27,901 bases of DNA, taken from positions 1 to 27,901 of the forward strand of contig JBGQGT010000001.1 of assembly GCA_041497595.1 (NCBI GenBank). Reading direction: 5' to 3'. Shown here piece by piece: positions 12,971 through 22,899 of the stretch. Each line of letters starts with the position of its first letter. Positions within the stretch are counted from its first letter, which is position 1. The notes below the pieces were generated by a model. The model searched no databases, was not told the origin of the DNA, and saw nothing but the letters and a program-made list of their open reading frames with translations. The translations under genes and the position numbers were made by a program. The DNA is from Gammaproteobacteria bacterium (lineage in GTDB: Bacteria > Pseudomonadota > Gammaproteobacteria > Burkholderiales > JACQAP01).

Positions 12971-12979
12971 ATTTTAACA
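12971..12979 (-). promoter_or_regulatory. Extended -10 (TGtTAAAAT) for purB
   Basis: Minus strand TG-T-TAAAAT, 24 nt upstream of the purB ATG, in an AT-rich gap. Confidence 0.5.
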
Positions 12980-13007
12980 CGACGAGCATCGCAGCCGGAG
13001 TCTTTCG

Positions 13008-13640
13008 GTGACCCGCAAGGCCCCCACAAGAGCGGCCCCCGATCGGCGCAGCGGACGCGAATTCGAAGCGTTGCTGAAGAAGGTGCATGCCTGCCGTGTA
13101 TGTGAAGCGCATCTGCCGTTCGGCCCCCGGCCGGTACTGCGCGCCTCTGTTACCGCGCAATTGCTGATCGTTGGCCAGGCGCCGGGTCGCCGCGTGCACG
13201 AAACCGGGATTCCATGGAACGATCCTTCGGGAGACAGGTTGCGCGATTGGCTGCAACTCGAGCGCGAACGCTTCTACGATCAACGCCACATCGCCATCAT
13301 CCCGGCCGCGTTCTGTTACCCGGGGACCGGTCCCGGCGGGGACTTGCCGCCGCGGCCGGAGTGCGCGCCGCTTTGGCATCCGCAACTGTTGGCACATCTG
13401 CCGAAGCTGCGGTTAGCGCTGCTCATCGGCAGCTACGCGCAGGCGTATTACCTCGGCGGCCGGCGCAAGTCGACGCTGACCGACACGGTGCGCGCCTGGC
13501 GCGAGTACCTGCCGTATTGCATCCCGTTGCCGCACCCCAGCCCGCGCAACCAGATGTGGTTCAAGCGCAACCCCTGGTTCGCCGGCGAGGTGATTCCATT
13601 CCTGCGGCGGACCATTCACCAGGTTCTCGACGGCGGATGA
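13008..13640 (+). CDS. Uracil-DNA glycosylase superfamily protein
   Basis: Motif A GQAPG, WNDPSGDRLRDWL, FCYPG, motif B LPHPSPRN; N-terminal CxxC (CRVC); GGAG SD plus GTG. Confidence 0.88.
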   Translation: MTRKAPTRAAPDRRSGREFEALLKKVHACRVCEAHLPFGPRPVLRASVTAQLLIVGQAPGRRVHETGIPWNDPSGDRLRDWLQLERERFYDQRHIAIIPAAFCYPGTGPGGDLPPRPECAPLWHPQLLAHLPKLRLALLIGSYAQAYYLGGRRKSTLTDTVRAWREYLPYCIPLPHPSPRNQMWFKRNPWFAGEVIPFLRRTIHQVLDGG

Positions 13641-13673
13641 AACCTCGGGTCGGGAGTGACGTGCGGGCCGCAA

Positions 13674-14771
13674 TCACTTGCCTGGAGCAGTCGCGCATTC
13701 GATGATCCCTCCGCCGAGGCACACCTTCGATTCGTAGACCACGACGGACTGCCCGGGCGTGATTGCCCACTGGGGTTCCGCGAACTTGATTTCGCACTGC
13801 TTCCGATCGACGCGCTCGACCTCGCATGGGGCGTCCTTCTGCCGGTAGCGCGTCTTCGCGCCGTAAACCCAGTGACAGTGCGGTTGGGTACCGCTTATCC
13901 AGCTCAGGTCAGTCGCCGTCAGGGCATCTGCCAACAGTGCCGGATGGCCGTGGCCCTGCACCACGATCAGTCTGTTTGCCGCCATGTCTTTCGCAGCAAC
14001 GTACCAGGGTTCGCCTTCTCCATCCTTGCGCCCGCCGATCCCCAGTCCCTGGCGCTGGCCGATGGTGTAGTACATCAGGCCGATATGCCTGCCGACGGCC
14101 TTGCCTTCTGGGGTAATCATGTCGCCGGGTTGGGTCGGCAGGTAGCGGCTGAGAAACTCGCGGAAGGGCCTCTCGCCGATGAAACAGATGCCGGTCGAAT
14201 CCTTCTTGTCGTGATTCGGCAGCCTGAGTTTTCTCGCCAGTTCGCGCACGTCGCGCTTGTACATCGCGCCCAATGGAAACAGCGTCTTCGAAAGCTGTGC
14301 CTGATCGAGCCGGTAGAGGAAATAGCTCTGGTCTTTGGTGCCGTCTTCGGCCTTGAGCAGTTGAAACAGGCCGTCAACTTGCCGCACCTGCGCGTAGTGG
14401 CCGGTGGCAATTCGTTCGGCACCAAGCTGGAGCGCGTGATCGAGGAAGGCCTTGAACTTGATCTCGGCGTTGCACAGCACGTCCGGATTGGGCGTGCGGC
14501 CCGCCTGGTACTCCGCGAGGAAATTCTTGAAGACCCGGTCCTTGTACTCGGCGGAGAAATTCACCGCCTCGATATCGATGCCGATCAGATCGGCGACCGA
14601 CACCGCATCGATCAGGTCCTGGCGTGAAGTGCAGAACTCGTCGTCATCGTCGTCTTCCCAGTTCTTCATGAACAGGCCGACGACGTCGAAGCCCTGTTCC
14701 TTGAGCAGCCAGGCGGCGACCGATGAGTCCACTCCGCCGGACATGCCTACAACGACACGCTTTTTTTGCAT
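13674..14771 (-). CDS. mnmA: tRNA-specific 2-thiouridylase MnmA
   Basis: PP-loop [39 protein letters not shown]. Start MQKKRVVVG at 14771. Confidence 0.97.
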   Translation of the reverse strand: MQKKRVVVGMSGGVDSSVAAWLLKEQGFDVVGLFMKNWEDDDDDEFCTSRQDLIDAVSVADLIGIDIEAVNFSAEYKDRVFKNFLAEYQAGRTPNPDVLCNAEIKFKAFLDHALQLGAERIATGHYAQVRQVDGLFQLLKAEDGTKDQSYFLYRLDQAQLSKTLFPLGAMYKRDVRELARKLRLPNHDKKDSTGICFIGERPFREFLSRYLPTQPGDMITPEGKAVGRHIGLMYYTIGQRQGLGIGGRKDGEGEPWYVAAKDMAANRLIVVQGHGHPALLADALTATDLSWISGTQPHCHWVYGAKTRYRQKDAPCEVERVDRKQCEIKFAEPQWAITPGQSVVVYESKVCLGGGIIECATAPGK

Positions 14772-14784
14772 TCGCCGGGTCCGC

Positions 14785-15240
14785 TCAGTCGAGATGCACC
14801 AGCAGATCGAGCGGGGCGCGTGCACCGAGCTGGTAGTCCTCCATGCAGCGAACCACGAGCGGGCTGCGATGGCGGCTGCGGCTGGCGCGGATCTCCGCCG
14901 CAGTCAGCCACAACGCCCGCACGATTCCCGTATCCAGGGTGCGATCGGGGTGGTGCGTGCCCAGCCTGCCGGCAAAGGCGAAGCGCAGGTAGGTGACATT
15001 GGGGCCGGGATGCCGCCAGCGATAGACGCCGACCAGGTACGCGGGCGTGAACTCGTAGGCGGTTTCCTCCAGCGTTTCGCGCGCCGCGCCTTCCACCAGG
15101 GACTCGTTGGCCTCGAGATGACCCGCCGGCTGATTGAGCATCAGTCCGTCGTCGGTTTCCTCCTCTACCAGGAGGAATCTTCCTTCGCGCTCGACGATCG
15201 CGGCGACGGTCACGCTCGGCTTCCACACCTTTTCAGTCAT
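14785..15240 (-). CDS. nudJ: NUDIX hydrolase, NudJ-like
   Basis: Nudix box [22 protein letters not shown]; [10 protein letters not shown]-terminus; directly upstream of mnmA as in E. coli. Confidence 0.85.
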   Translation of the reverse strand: MTEKVWKPSVTVAAIVEREGRFLLVEEETDDGLMLNQPAGHLEANESLVEGAARETLEETAYEFTPAYLVGVYRWRHPGPNVTYLRFAFAGRLGTHHPDRTLDTGIVRALWLTAAEIRASRSRHRSPLVVRCMEDYQLGARAPLDLLVHLD

Positions 15241-15873
15241 TCAGATCAGTTTCGGGAACAGTTCGATGAGTCCGCGGTAAACGTACTCGACCGCTACTGC
15301 CGCGATGATCAGGCCCATTACCCGGGTGATGATGTTCATGCCGGTTTTGCCCAGGCGTTTTGAAATCCGGGTGGCAGCGATCAGCGTTGCCCATACCGCG
15401 ACGGCGATGATCAGCGCCGGAATCAGCAGCTTGAGGTGATAAGTAAAGCTCGGCGACTGGTGGGTCGCGATGATCATGGTGCTGATTGCCCCCGGGCCGG
15501 CGAGCAGCGGGATGCCAAGCGGCACCACGGCTACCGCGTGTTTTTCCGCCGCCTCCTCAGCTTCGTCCGGCGTCTGCCGGATCCTGCTTTCCTTGGCCTG
15601 CAGCATCGAAATCGCCATCATCATCAGCACGATCCCGCCGCCGATCAGGAAGGAAGGGATGCTGATCCCGAAGAAATGCAGAATTTCCGTGCCGACCAGC
15701 GCGGCTGCGCCGAGGACGCAGAACACCGTGATCGCCACGACCCGGGCAATGCGTGCCCGCTGCACGTTGGGCTCGCCATCAGTGGTGCTCAGAAACACCG
15801 GAATGCTGGCAATCGGATCGACGATGGCCAGCAGCGCGACGGTCAACTTCAGGATGTCGGCCCATTCGCTCAT
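15241..15873 (-). CDS. MarC family inner-membrane protein
   Basis: IVDPIASIPVF, FGISIPSFLIGGG, VVPLGIPLLAGPGAIS, ITRVMGLI; about six TM segments. Confidence 0.9.
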   Translation of the reverse strand: MSEWADILKLTVALLAIVDPIASIPVFLSTTDGEPNVQRARIARVVAITVFCVLGAAALVGTEILHFFGISIPSFLIGGGIVLMMMAISMLQAKESRIRQTPDEAEEAAEKHAVAVVPLGIPLLAGPGAISTMIIATHQSPSFTYHLKLLIPALIIAVAVWATLIAATRISKRLGKTGMNIITRVMGLIIAAVAVEYVYRGLIELFPKLI

Positions 15874-15905
15874 TCAGGGATTCAGTGCCGCTCCAGGCTC
15901 GAGGA

Positions 15906-15939
15906 AAATGAAAAAAGGCAGGGACACCACCCTGCCTTT
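15906..15939 (-). terminator. Rho-independent terminator after small exported protein 2
   Basis: 10-bp stem AAAGGCAGGG/CCCTGCCTTT, 6-nt loop, U-rich tail on the minus strand. Confidence 0.85.
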
Positions 15940-15960
15940 CTCCGCGGGGTCGCGCCGCCG

Positions 15961-16149
15961 TTATTTCGCCGACTCCTTGCCGTACTCGTGCTGATCTTTG
16001 TTGTCCTCGACGGGCGGTTTCGCGGGTGCAACTTTGGCGCCGGATTGGCTCATCGCGGATACACCCGAATTCGGGGCGACGCTGGCAAGCACCAATGCAG
16101 GCGGCACGGCGATCGTAAGCGATAGGGCGAATAAGGTGACGTATCTCAT
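15961..16149 (-). CDS. Small (62 aa) predicted exported low-complexity protein
   Basis: MRYVTLFALSLTIAVPPALVLA signal-like segment, then S/A/P/K-rich linker and a charged tail VEDNKDQHEYGKESAK; has its own promoter and terminator. Confidence 0.65.
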   Translation of the reverse strand: MRYVTLFALSLTIAVPPALVLASVAPNSGVSAMSQSGAKVAPAKPPVEDNKDQHEYGKESAK

Positions 16150-16221
16150 GGTGGGTCCAATCGCTTTGGTTGTCGAGTTCGGCAGGGTCGACCTGTCCAC
16201 CACGCAATAAAATCGCCGCAA

Positions 16222-16250
16222 AGAATAGGGACATTTTGCGACAGCGTCAA
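16222..16250 (-). promoter_or_regulatory. Sigma70 promoter TTGACG-N17-TATTCT for the 62-aa gene
   Basis: Minus strand TTGACG ctgtcgcaaaatgtccc TATTCT; spacer is exactly 17 nt. Confidence 0.7.
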
Positions 16251-16260
16251 ACGCCGGACG

Positions 16261-16292
16261 AAATGAAAAAAGGCAGGCCTGAGGCCTGCCTT
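16261..16292 (-). terminator. Rho-independent terminator after small exported protein 1
   Basis: 10-bp stem AAGGCAGGCC/GGCCTGCCTT, 3-nt loop, U-rich tail on the minus strand. Confidence 0.85.
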
Positions 16293-16317
16293 GCGTTGCC
16301 AAAACCGGGTCTTAAGC

Positions 16318-16497
16318 TTACTTCTTGGCCGGAGCAGCAGGTTCTTCGACCTTAGGCGCGACCTTTTTGTGATGCTTCTTGGCGGTCTTCGCGGGCTTGG
16401 CCGAATCAGCCGGCTTGGCTGCTGTGTCGGCAGCAACCGCCGAAAAAGTCACTGCGGCAAACAGGGCGGCGATCAGGGCGGCAAATAGCTTCTTCAT
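16318..16497 (-). CDS. Small (59 aa) exported Ala/Lys/Pro-rich protein, Asr (acid-shock protein)-like composition
   Basis: GGAGA SD; Sec signal MKKLFAALIAALFAAVTFSAVA|A; mature part DTAAKPADSAKPAKTAKKHHKKVAPKVEEPAAPAKK. Confidence 0.8.
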   Translation of the reverse strand: MKKLFAALIAALFAAVTFSAVAADTAAKPADSAKPAKTAKKHHKKVAPKVEEPAAPAKK

Positions 16498-16580
16498 GTC
16501 AGTACTCTCCATAGTCTGGTTTTACCGGGGGTATAGACACCCATCGGGCGTCAGGTGCAGTAACGCCGTCCGATAGGCGC

Positions 16581-16603
16581 GGTTGACACATATTGTTACA
16601 ACC
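16581..16603. promoter_or_regulatory. Candidate transcription-factor site (OmpR/RstA-like box within an imperfect 23-bp palindrome)
   Basis: GGTTGACACATATTGTTACAACC; the inner CACATATTGTTACA matches 11 of 12 fixed positions of TACATNTNGTTACA (E. coli RstA box as recalled). Confidence 0.5.
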
Positions 16604-16616
16604 GGCCGAAACCGCT

Positions 16617-17174
16617 TCAAATCCGCAATTGCGGCTGGTCGATCAGGCGGAATTGGCCCGGCAGGATGCCATTTAGGGTCCAGGGTCCGATGCGGGAGCG
16701 GATCAGGCGCAGGGTCGGATAACCTGCCGCCGCGGTCATCCGCCTTACCTGCCGGTTCTTGCCTTCGTGCAGTTCTATTTCGATCCAGCTGGTCGGAATG
16801 TATTTGCGGACGCGGATCGGGGGAATCCTCTCCCATAGCCCGGACGGCTGGTCGATGCGCCTTGCGCGTGCCGGATGCGTGACGAAGTCGCCGAGGTCGA
16901 TGCCGGAGCGCAACCGGCGCAACGCCGCTTCGTCGGGCTCGCCCTCGACCTGTACCCAGTAGGTCTTGGGCAGCTTCATTTTCGGGTCGCTGATGGCGTG
17001 CTGGAGCTTTCCGTCGTCGGTCAGCAGCACCAGACCTTCGCTGTCGGCATCGAGCCGGCCGGCCGGGTAGACGTCGGCAACCGGTATCAAGTCCTTGAGC
17101 GTGCGCTTGCCCGCGCTCGGACTGAACTGGCAAAGAACGCCGCAGGGCTTGTTGAAGAGGAGAACCCTCGGCAT
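16617..17174 (-). CDS. rluE: rRNA large-subunit pseudouridine synthase, RluE-like
   Basis: LLFNKPCGVLCQF, catalytic AGRLDADSEGL, KTYWVQVEG, WERIPPIRVRK, EGKNRQVRRMTAA; no S4 domain. Start MPRVLL at 17174. Confidence 0.9.
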   Translation of the reverse strand: MPRVLLFNKPCGVLCQFSPSAGKRTLKDLIPVADVYPAGRLDADSEGLVLLTDDGKLQHAISDPKMKLPKTYWVQVEGEPDEAALRRLRSGIDLGDFVTHPARARRIDQPSGLWERIPPIRVRKYIPTSWIEIELHEGKNRQVRRMTAAAGYPTLRLIRSRIGPWTLNGILPGQFRLIDQPQLRI

Positions 17175-17208
17175 GGACTGGGCCCACGAGAAGCCGGGCC
17201 GGCGCGAT

Positions 17209-18825
17209 TCAGCGTTGCTCGTTCGCGATGAGGTAGTCGTACGCCGGCAAGGTGAGGAATTCGACAAAGTCTTCGGCGAGCGTCAGTTCCTCGAACATCT
17301 TTGTACCTTCCGGATATTTCCCGGCTGCGTAACCCTTGTCGCCGAGCAATTGCCGCACTTTTTCGAGTTCCCGCGGCACCAGTTCGCGGAATAATTCCTT
17401 GGTGACCTTGCGGCCATCGTCCAGGATTCCCAGGGGACTGCGGATCCAGTGCCAGATCTGCGCCCGCGAAATTTCCGCGGTGGCGGCGTCTTCCATCAGG
17501 TCGAATATCGGCACACAGCCGGTGCCGGCAAGCCAGGCGCCCAGGTACTGTATGCCGATATTGATGTTGGTGCGCAACCCGGCTTCGGTGACCGGACCCT
17601 TGGGCTGGAAATTGAGCAGGTCTTTTACGCTGACGTTGACGTCGTCGCGCTTCTTGTGGATCTGGTTCGGGGTCTTCATGACCTTGTCGAAGGCTTCCTT
17701 GGCGATCGCTACCAGCCCGGGGTGCGCAACCCAGGTTCCGTCGTGGCCGTCATTGGCCTCGCGGTCCTTGTCGACGCGTACTTTCGCCAGCGCCGCCTCG
17801 TTTGCGGCGGGATCGTTCTTGATCGGAATTTGCGCAGCCATGCCACCCATCGCGAAGGCACCGCGCTTGTGGCAGGTCTTGATCAGCAGCAGGGAATAGG
17901 AGCGCATGAAGGGGCTCACCATGGTCACCAGATGCCGGTCGGCGAGGATGAAGTCCTTCTGGTTCCGGAATTTCTTGATGCAGCTGAAGATGTAGTCCCA
18001 ACGGCCGCAGTTCAGTCCCGCCGAATGTTCGCGCAACTCGTACAGGATCTCTTCCATTTCAAAAGTCGCGAGAATGGTTTCGATCAATACCGTGGCCTTG
18101 ACCGTGCCTTGCGGAACGCCGAGTTCTTTCTGCGCGAACACGAAGGCGTCGTTCCACAGCCTCGCCTCGCGGTGCGATTCCATTTTCGGAAGGTAAAGAT
18201 AGACGCCCGAACCCTGCTTGACCCGGGCCTTGGCGTTGTGGAAGAAGTACAGGCCGAAGTCGAACAGCGATCCCGACGTCGGCTGGCCGTCGACGACTAC
18301 ATGCTTCTCGCTGAGGTGCCAGCCGCGCGGGCGCACCAGCAAAGTAGCGGTCTTGTCGGTGAGCCGGTATTGCTTGCCTTCGGGACTGGTGAAGGAAATG
18401 CTGCGATTGACCGCGTCGCGCATATTGATCTGGCCCTGCAACTGGTTGTCCCAGGTAGGGGTCGAAGAATCTTCGAAGTCGGCCATGAACATGCTGGCGC
18501 CGGAATTGAGCGCGTTGATCACCATCTTGCGGTCGGTCGGCCCGGTAATCTCCACGCGCCGATCCTGGAGATCCTGCGGTACCGGTGCGACCTGCCAGTC
18601 GGCCTCTCGCACGTGCCTTGTTTCGGGCAGGAAATCCGGCAGCTTTCCGGCGTCGAGTGCCTTCTGGCGCTGCGCGCGCCATGCCAGCAGCTCAAGACGG
18701 CGGGCGTTGAAGTCGCGATGCAGCTTGGCGAGAAAGGCAAGCGCGTCGCCTGTGAGAATCTGCGCGTATTCGGGTGTGATGCGTCCTTGCACTTGCATGC
18801 CGGCGGGGATGTTCGGCTGGGTCAT
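17209..18825 (-). CDS. aceB: Malate synthase A, intact
   Basis: [57 protein letters not shown], catalytic [12 protein letters not shown]. Confidence 0.97.
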   Translation of the reverse strand: MTQPNIPAGMQVQGRITPEYAQILTGDALAFLAKLHRDFNARRLELLAWRAQRQKALDAGKLPDFLPETRHVREADWQVAPVPQDLQDRRVEITGPTDRKMVINALNSGASMFMADFEDSSTPTWDNQLQGQINMRDAVNRSISFTSPEGKQYRLTDKTATLLVRPRGWHLSEKHVVVDGQPTSGSLFDFGLYFFHNAKARVKQGSGVYLYLPKMESHREARLWNDAFVFAQKELGVPQGTVKATVLIETILATFEMEEILYELREHSAGLNCGRWDYIFSCIKKFRNQKDFILADRHLVTMVSPFMRSYSLLLIKTCHKRGAFAMGGMAAQIPIKNDPAANEAALAKVRVDKDREANDGHDGTWVAHPGLVAIAKEAFDKVMKTPNQIHKKRDDVNVSVKDLLNFQPKGPVTEAGLRTNINIGIQYLGAWLAGTGCVPIFDLMEDAATAEISRAQIWHWIRSPLGILDDGRKVTKELFRELVPRELEKVRQLLGDKGYAAGKYPEGTKMFEELTLAEDFVEFLTLPAYDYLIANEQR

Positions 18826-18849
18826 GTCGGGCTTCCGGTTGGTTCGAGC

Positions 18850-18878
18850 GTTTTACATTGTGAAAAATAATTTCGCAA
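18850..18878 (-). promoter_or_regulatory. aceB sigma70 promoter TTGCGA-N17-TAAAAC, overlapped by a 15-bp palindromic operator (18851-18865)
   Basis: Minus strand TTGCGA aattatttttcacaatg TAAAAC; operator TTTTACA-T-TGTGAAA (6 of 7 symmetric). Confidence 0.55.
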
Positions 18879-19216
18879 AATGATAAGAGTGAAAGGCGGC
18901 GGCGGCAAGCACAGCTTGCCATACCGCGGCCGTGTGGAACGCAGCGAAGCGCCACGGGAAGCTCTGATCAGGTTCCGCGACGCGCGTTGCGCCAGGTGCG
19001 GATGACTGCTAGGCACGCCGCAGCGCGGAACAGGGGCCCCTCCGGGGATGTGACCGCGGAGGCACGCACAAGCACGCGCACATTCGGCACGATGCATCCC
19101 GCTCCGGGGCACGTACCGCTAACGAGTCACAGCCGTCCGGCTACACGGCGTCCTCGCCGTCTTGCCCTCGACCCGAATAGTCTCGGTCGCGCATGTGGAA
19201 CTTGGTCAGAGCTTCC

Positions 19217-20495
19217 CTAGACGAACTGTTCTTCTTCGGTCGAGCCGGTCAGCGCTGTGACCGAAAAGTGTCCGGCCTGCACCGCCTGGGTCACGTCGTC
19301 GAAATAACCCGTGCCGACTTCGCGCCGATGCTTGGTCGCCGCATAGCCGTGCGCTTCGGCGGCAGATTCGGCCTGCTGCAGCCGCACGTAGGCGCTCACG
19401 TTCTCGGTGGCGTAGCCGCGCGCCAGTTCGAACATGTTGAGCGAGTGGAATCCGGCCAGCATGATGAACTGGAAATTGTAGCCCATCGCGCCCAATTCGC
19501 GCTGGGACCTGGCGATCGATACATCGTCCAGGTTCTTCTTCCAATTGAACGACGGCGAGCGCTTGTACGCGAGCAGTTTGCCTGGATACTGCTTTTGGAT
19601 CGCCTCGGCAAATTGCCTGGCGAACGCGAGGTCGGGTTTGCCGGTTTCGCACCAGATCAGGTCGGTGAAGAACGCGTAGGCAAGTCCCCGCGAGATCGCC
19701 TGCTGGATGCCGTTGATCACCCGGTAGTAGCCGTCTGCGGTGCGCTCGCCGGTGCAGAAGGGTTTGTCGTTCTCGTCGAAATCCGACGTCAACAGCTTCA
19801 CCTTAGGCGTCCGTGCGCGCGAACAGCACTGTCGGCACGCCCACGATGTCCGAAGCCAGCCGAGCGGCGGCGACCTTTTGCACGGCCTCCTGCGTCGGTA
19901 CCAGCACGTTGCCGCCCATGTGGCCGCACTTCTTCGCGGAAGCCGGTTGATCTTCGAAATGCACGCCGCCCGCGCCGGCTTTGATCATCGACTTCATCAG
20001 CTCGAATGCATTCGGCACGCCGCCGAGGCCGGCGTCGGCATCGGCAACGATCGGGGCGAACCAGTCGATGTCGTCCTTGCCTTCGGCGTGATGGATCTGG
20101 TCGGCGCGGATAAATGTGTTGTTGATCCGCCGGACCACCGCGGCAACGCTGTTGGCCGGATACAGCGACTGATCGGGATGCATCTCGCTGGAAAAGTTGG
20201 CATCCGCTGCAACCTGCCAGCCGGAGAGATAAGTCGCCTTGAGCCCGGCCTTGACCTGCTGCAAGGCCTGGTTGCCGGTGAGTGCGCCAAGAGCGTTGAC
20301 GAACGGCTCCTGCTTGAGCAGCTGCCACAGTTTTTCGGCTCCACGGCGGGCGAGCGTTTACTCGATGGCAAGCGTGCCGCGCAGCCGGTAGACGTCCTCG
20401 GCGGAGTAGGGACGTTGCACGCCTTTCCAGCGCGGATGATCGGACCAATCGTTCTTGATTCTTGCGATTTCCAGATTGCCGGTCACTCGAAACAT
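19217..20495 (-). pseudogene. aceA: Isocitrate lyase pseudogene
   Basis: Continuous ICL homology ([68 protein letters not shown]) broken by in-frame TAA at 20358-20360, TAA at 19803-19805 and a frameshift at about 19799-19802. The exact start is uncertain. Confidence 0.93.
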
Positions 20496-20519
20496 CGTGG
20501 ACACGGATCCCTGTTTGCC

Positions 20520-20541
20520 GAGTGCCGGCGCGCCGGCACTC
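20520..20541. repeat. Perfect 22-bp palindrome upstream of aceA
   Basis: GAGTGCCGGCGCGCCGGCACTC equals its reverse complement. Confidence 0.9.
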
Positions 20542-20710
20542 TCAACCACGGGGAAGCCAGAGATCGGATCTGGCACACCGCTCGGAGTCATCGCGTTTGT
20601 GCTCGGCCTCGCATCCGTATTTCGTCATCGGTTACTGACGCAAGGATGGTACAGGCGACAGTACATCGGGTTTTTCATGCGCCGCAACAAGAAAGCAGAT
20701 GCACAAATTC

Positions 20711-20725
20711 ATTCAAATAATGAAT
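20711..20725. promoter_or_regulatory. Candidate LysR-type operator ATTC-N7-GAAT
   Basis: ATTCAAATAATGAAT in an AT-rich patch between the divergent aceA and icd; contains T-N11-A. Confidence 0.45.
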
Positions 20726-21062
20726 AAGTTATGGATTTTTGGATCGCGCGCTTTTGCAACGCGCAAATGGGGTTTCATGGACCTTGCCGACTCGATTTCG
20801 ACGGCGTACTGCATGTTTGGATGGGTGCATCGGCGAGGTCGGCACGACCCCGGCGAAAGCATGGAACGTCGCGGGTGGTCCGTGCGTGATTCGATTTTCC
20901 GCGTCGTCGGAGAAATCGCCCGGACAGAATCAGGCGCGCGCTTGGAGTGGGTTCCGGTGAACCGCGAGCGGGCGTTGCTTTACAATTGGCGCCCTTGACC
21001 GCTTCGCATTACCGCTGGCAATTCAATTGCATCCATCTTCACGTCGAATCGAGGCCAATTTC

Positions 21063-22307
<1,245 letters not shown>

Positions 22308-22317
22308 GCGACCCGCA

Positions 22318-22350
22318 AAAACAAAAAGCCCGCGACGTTGTCGCGGGCTT
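22318..22350 (-). terminator. Terminator hairpin between convergent icd and cspD
   Basis: Stem AAGCCCGCGA/TCGCGGGCTT (22326-22350), 5-nt loop; U-tract on the minus (cspD) strand. Confidence 0.8.
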
Positions 22351-22399
22351 CGAATGTTCTGAACCTGCCGGCGGAGTCGTTTGCGCCGCCCGGCAGCCT

Positions 22400-22603
22400 T
22401 TAGGCGGCCTGGATGTTGGAGGCCTGTTTCCCCTTTGGTCCCTGGGTGACTTCGAAACTCACCTTCTGGCCCTCTTTGAGCGTCTTGAAGCCGTTCATCT
22501 GAATTGCCGAAAAATGGGCAAACAGATCTTCGCTGCCGTCGTCGGGCGTGATGAAACCATAGCCCTTCGCATCGTTGAACCACTTTACAGTACCAGTTGC
22601 CAT
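22400..22603 (-). CDS. cspD: Cold-shock domain protein (CspD by context, divergent from clpS)
   Basis: [39 protein letters not shown]. Confidence 0.9.
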   Translation of the reverse strand: MATGTVKWFNDAKGYGFITPDDGSEDLFAHFSAIQMNGFKTLKEGQKVSFEVTQGPKGKQASNIQAA

Positions 22604-22899
22604 ACTCCACTTCCCCTGATGAAAAACGCGGGCCGGAAACCCGCCGATTGTTTGAGTTTCAAGTCCGCGTTATCGGCAAAACCGGTACTGCAGTATCCTT
22701 GAAGCCAAACACCTATCCACTTTTTAGGTCATTTATTTTGGGAAGTCAAGTACCCCAAAACCTTCGCAAGCGTTTGTTGCAACGCGGTTTTAGAGAATCT
22801 GCCAAATCTCCGGCCGGGTCCGGATTCTGCACTTGTAATTTCCCCGGTTATCAGCAAAATTAGGTCTTGGTGAAGGCAGTGGAAGCGAGACAGCAGGTT

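Noticed and set aside
19217-20264. Separate 194-aa and 153-aa ORFs, or programmed frameshift/readthrough rescuing aceA
   Set aside because: They are fragments of one gene. Two stops, a frameshift and damaged conserved motifs with no slippery site make recoding implausible.
20731-20889. Short ORF MDFWIARF... as a LysR remnant
   Set aside because: Beyond MDF there is no HTH similarity I can see; kept only as an untested idea under the operator finding.
22700-22870. Candidate cspD (TTGACT-N17-TAAAAA) and clpS (TTGTAA-N17-AAAATT) promoters and a TTTTGGG/CCCAAAA repeat
   Set aside because: The -10 boxes are weak and the cspD/clpS divergent arrangement is ordinary; not supported well enough to call.
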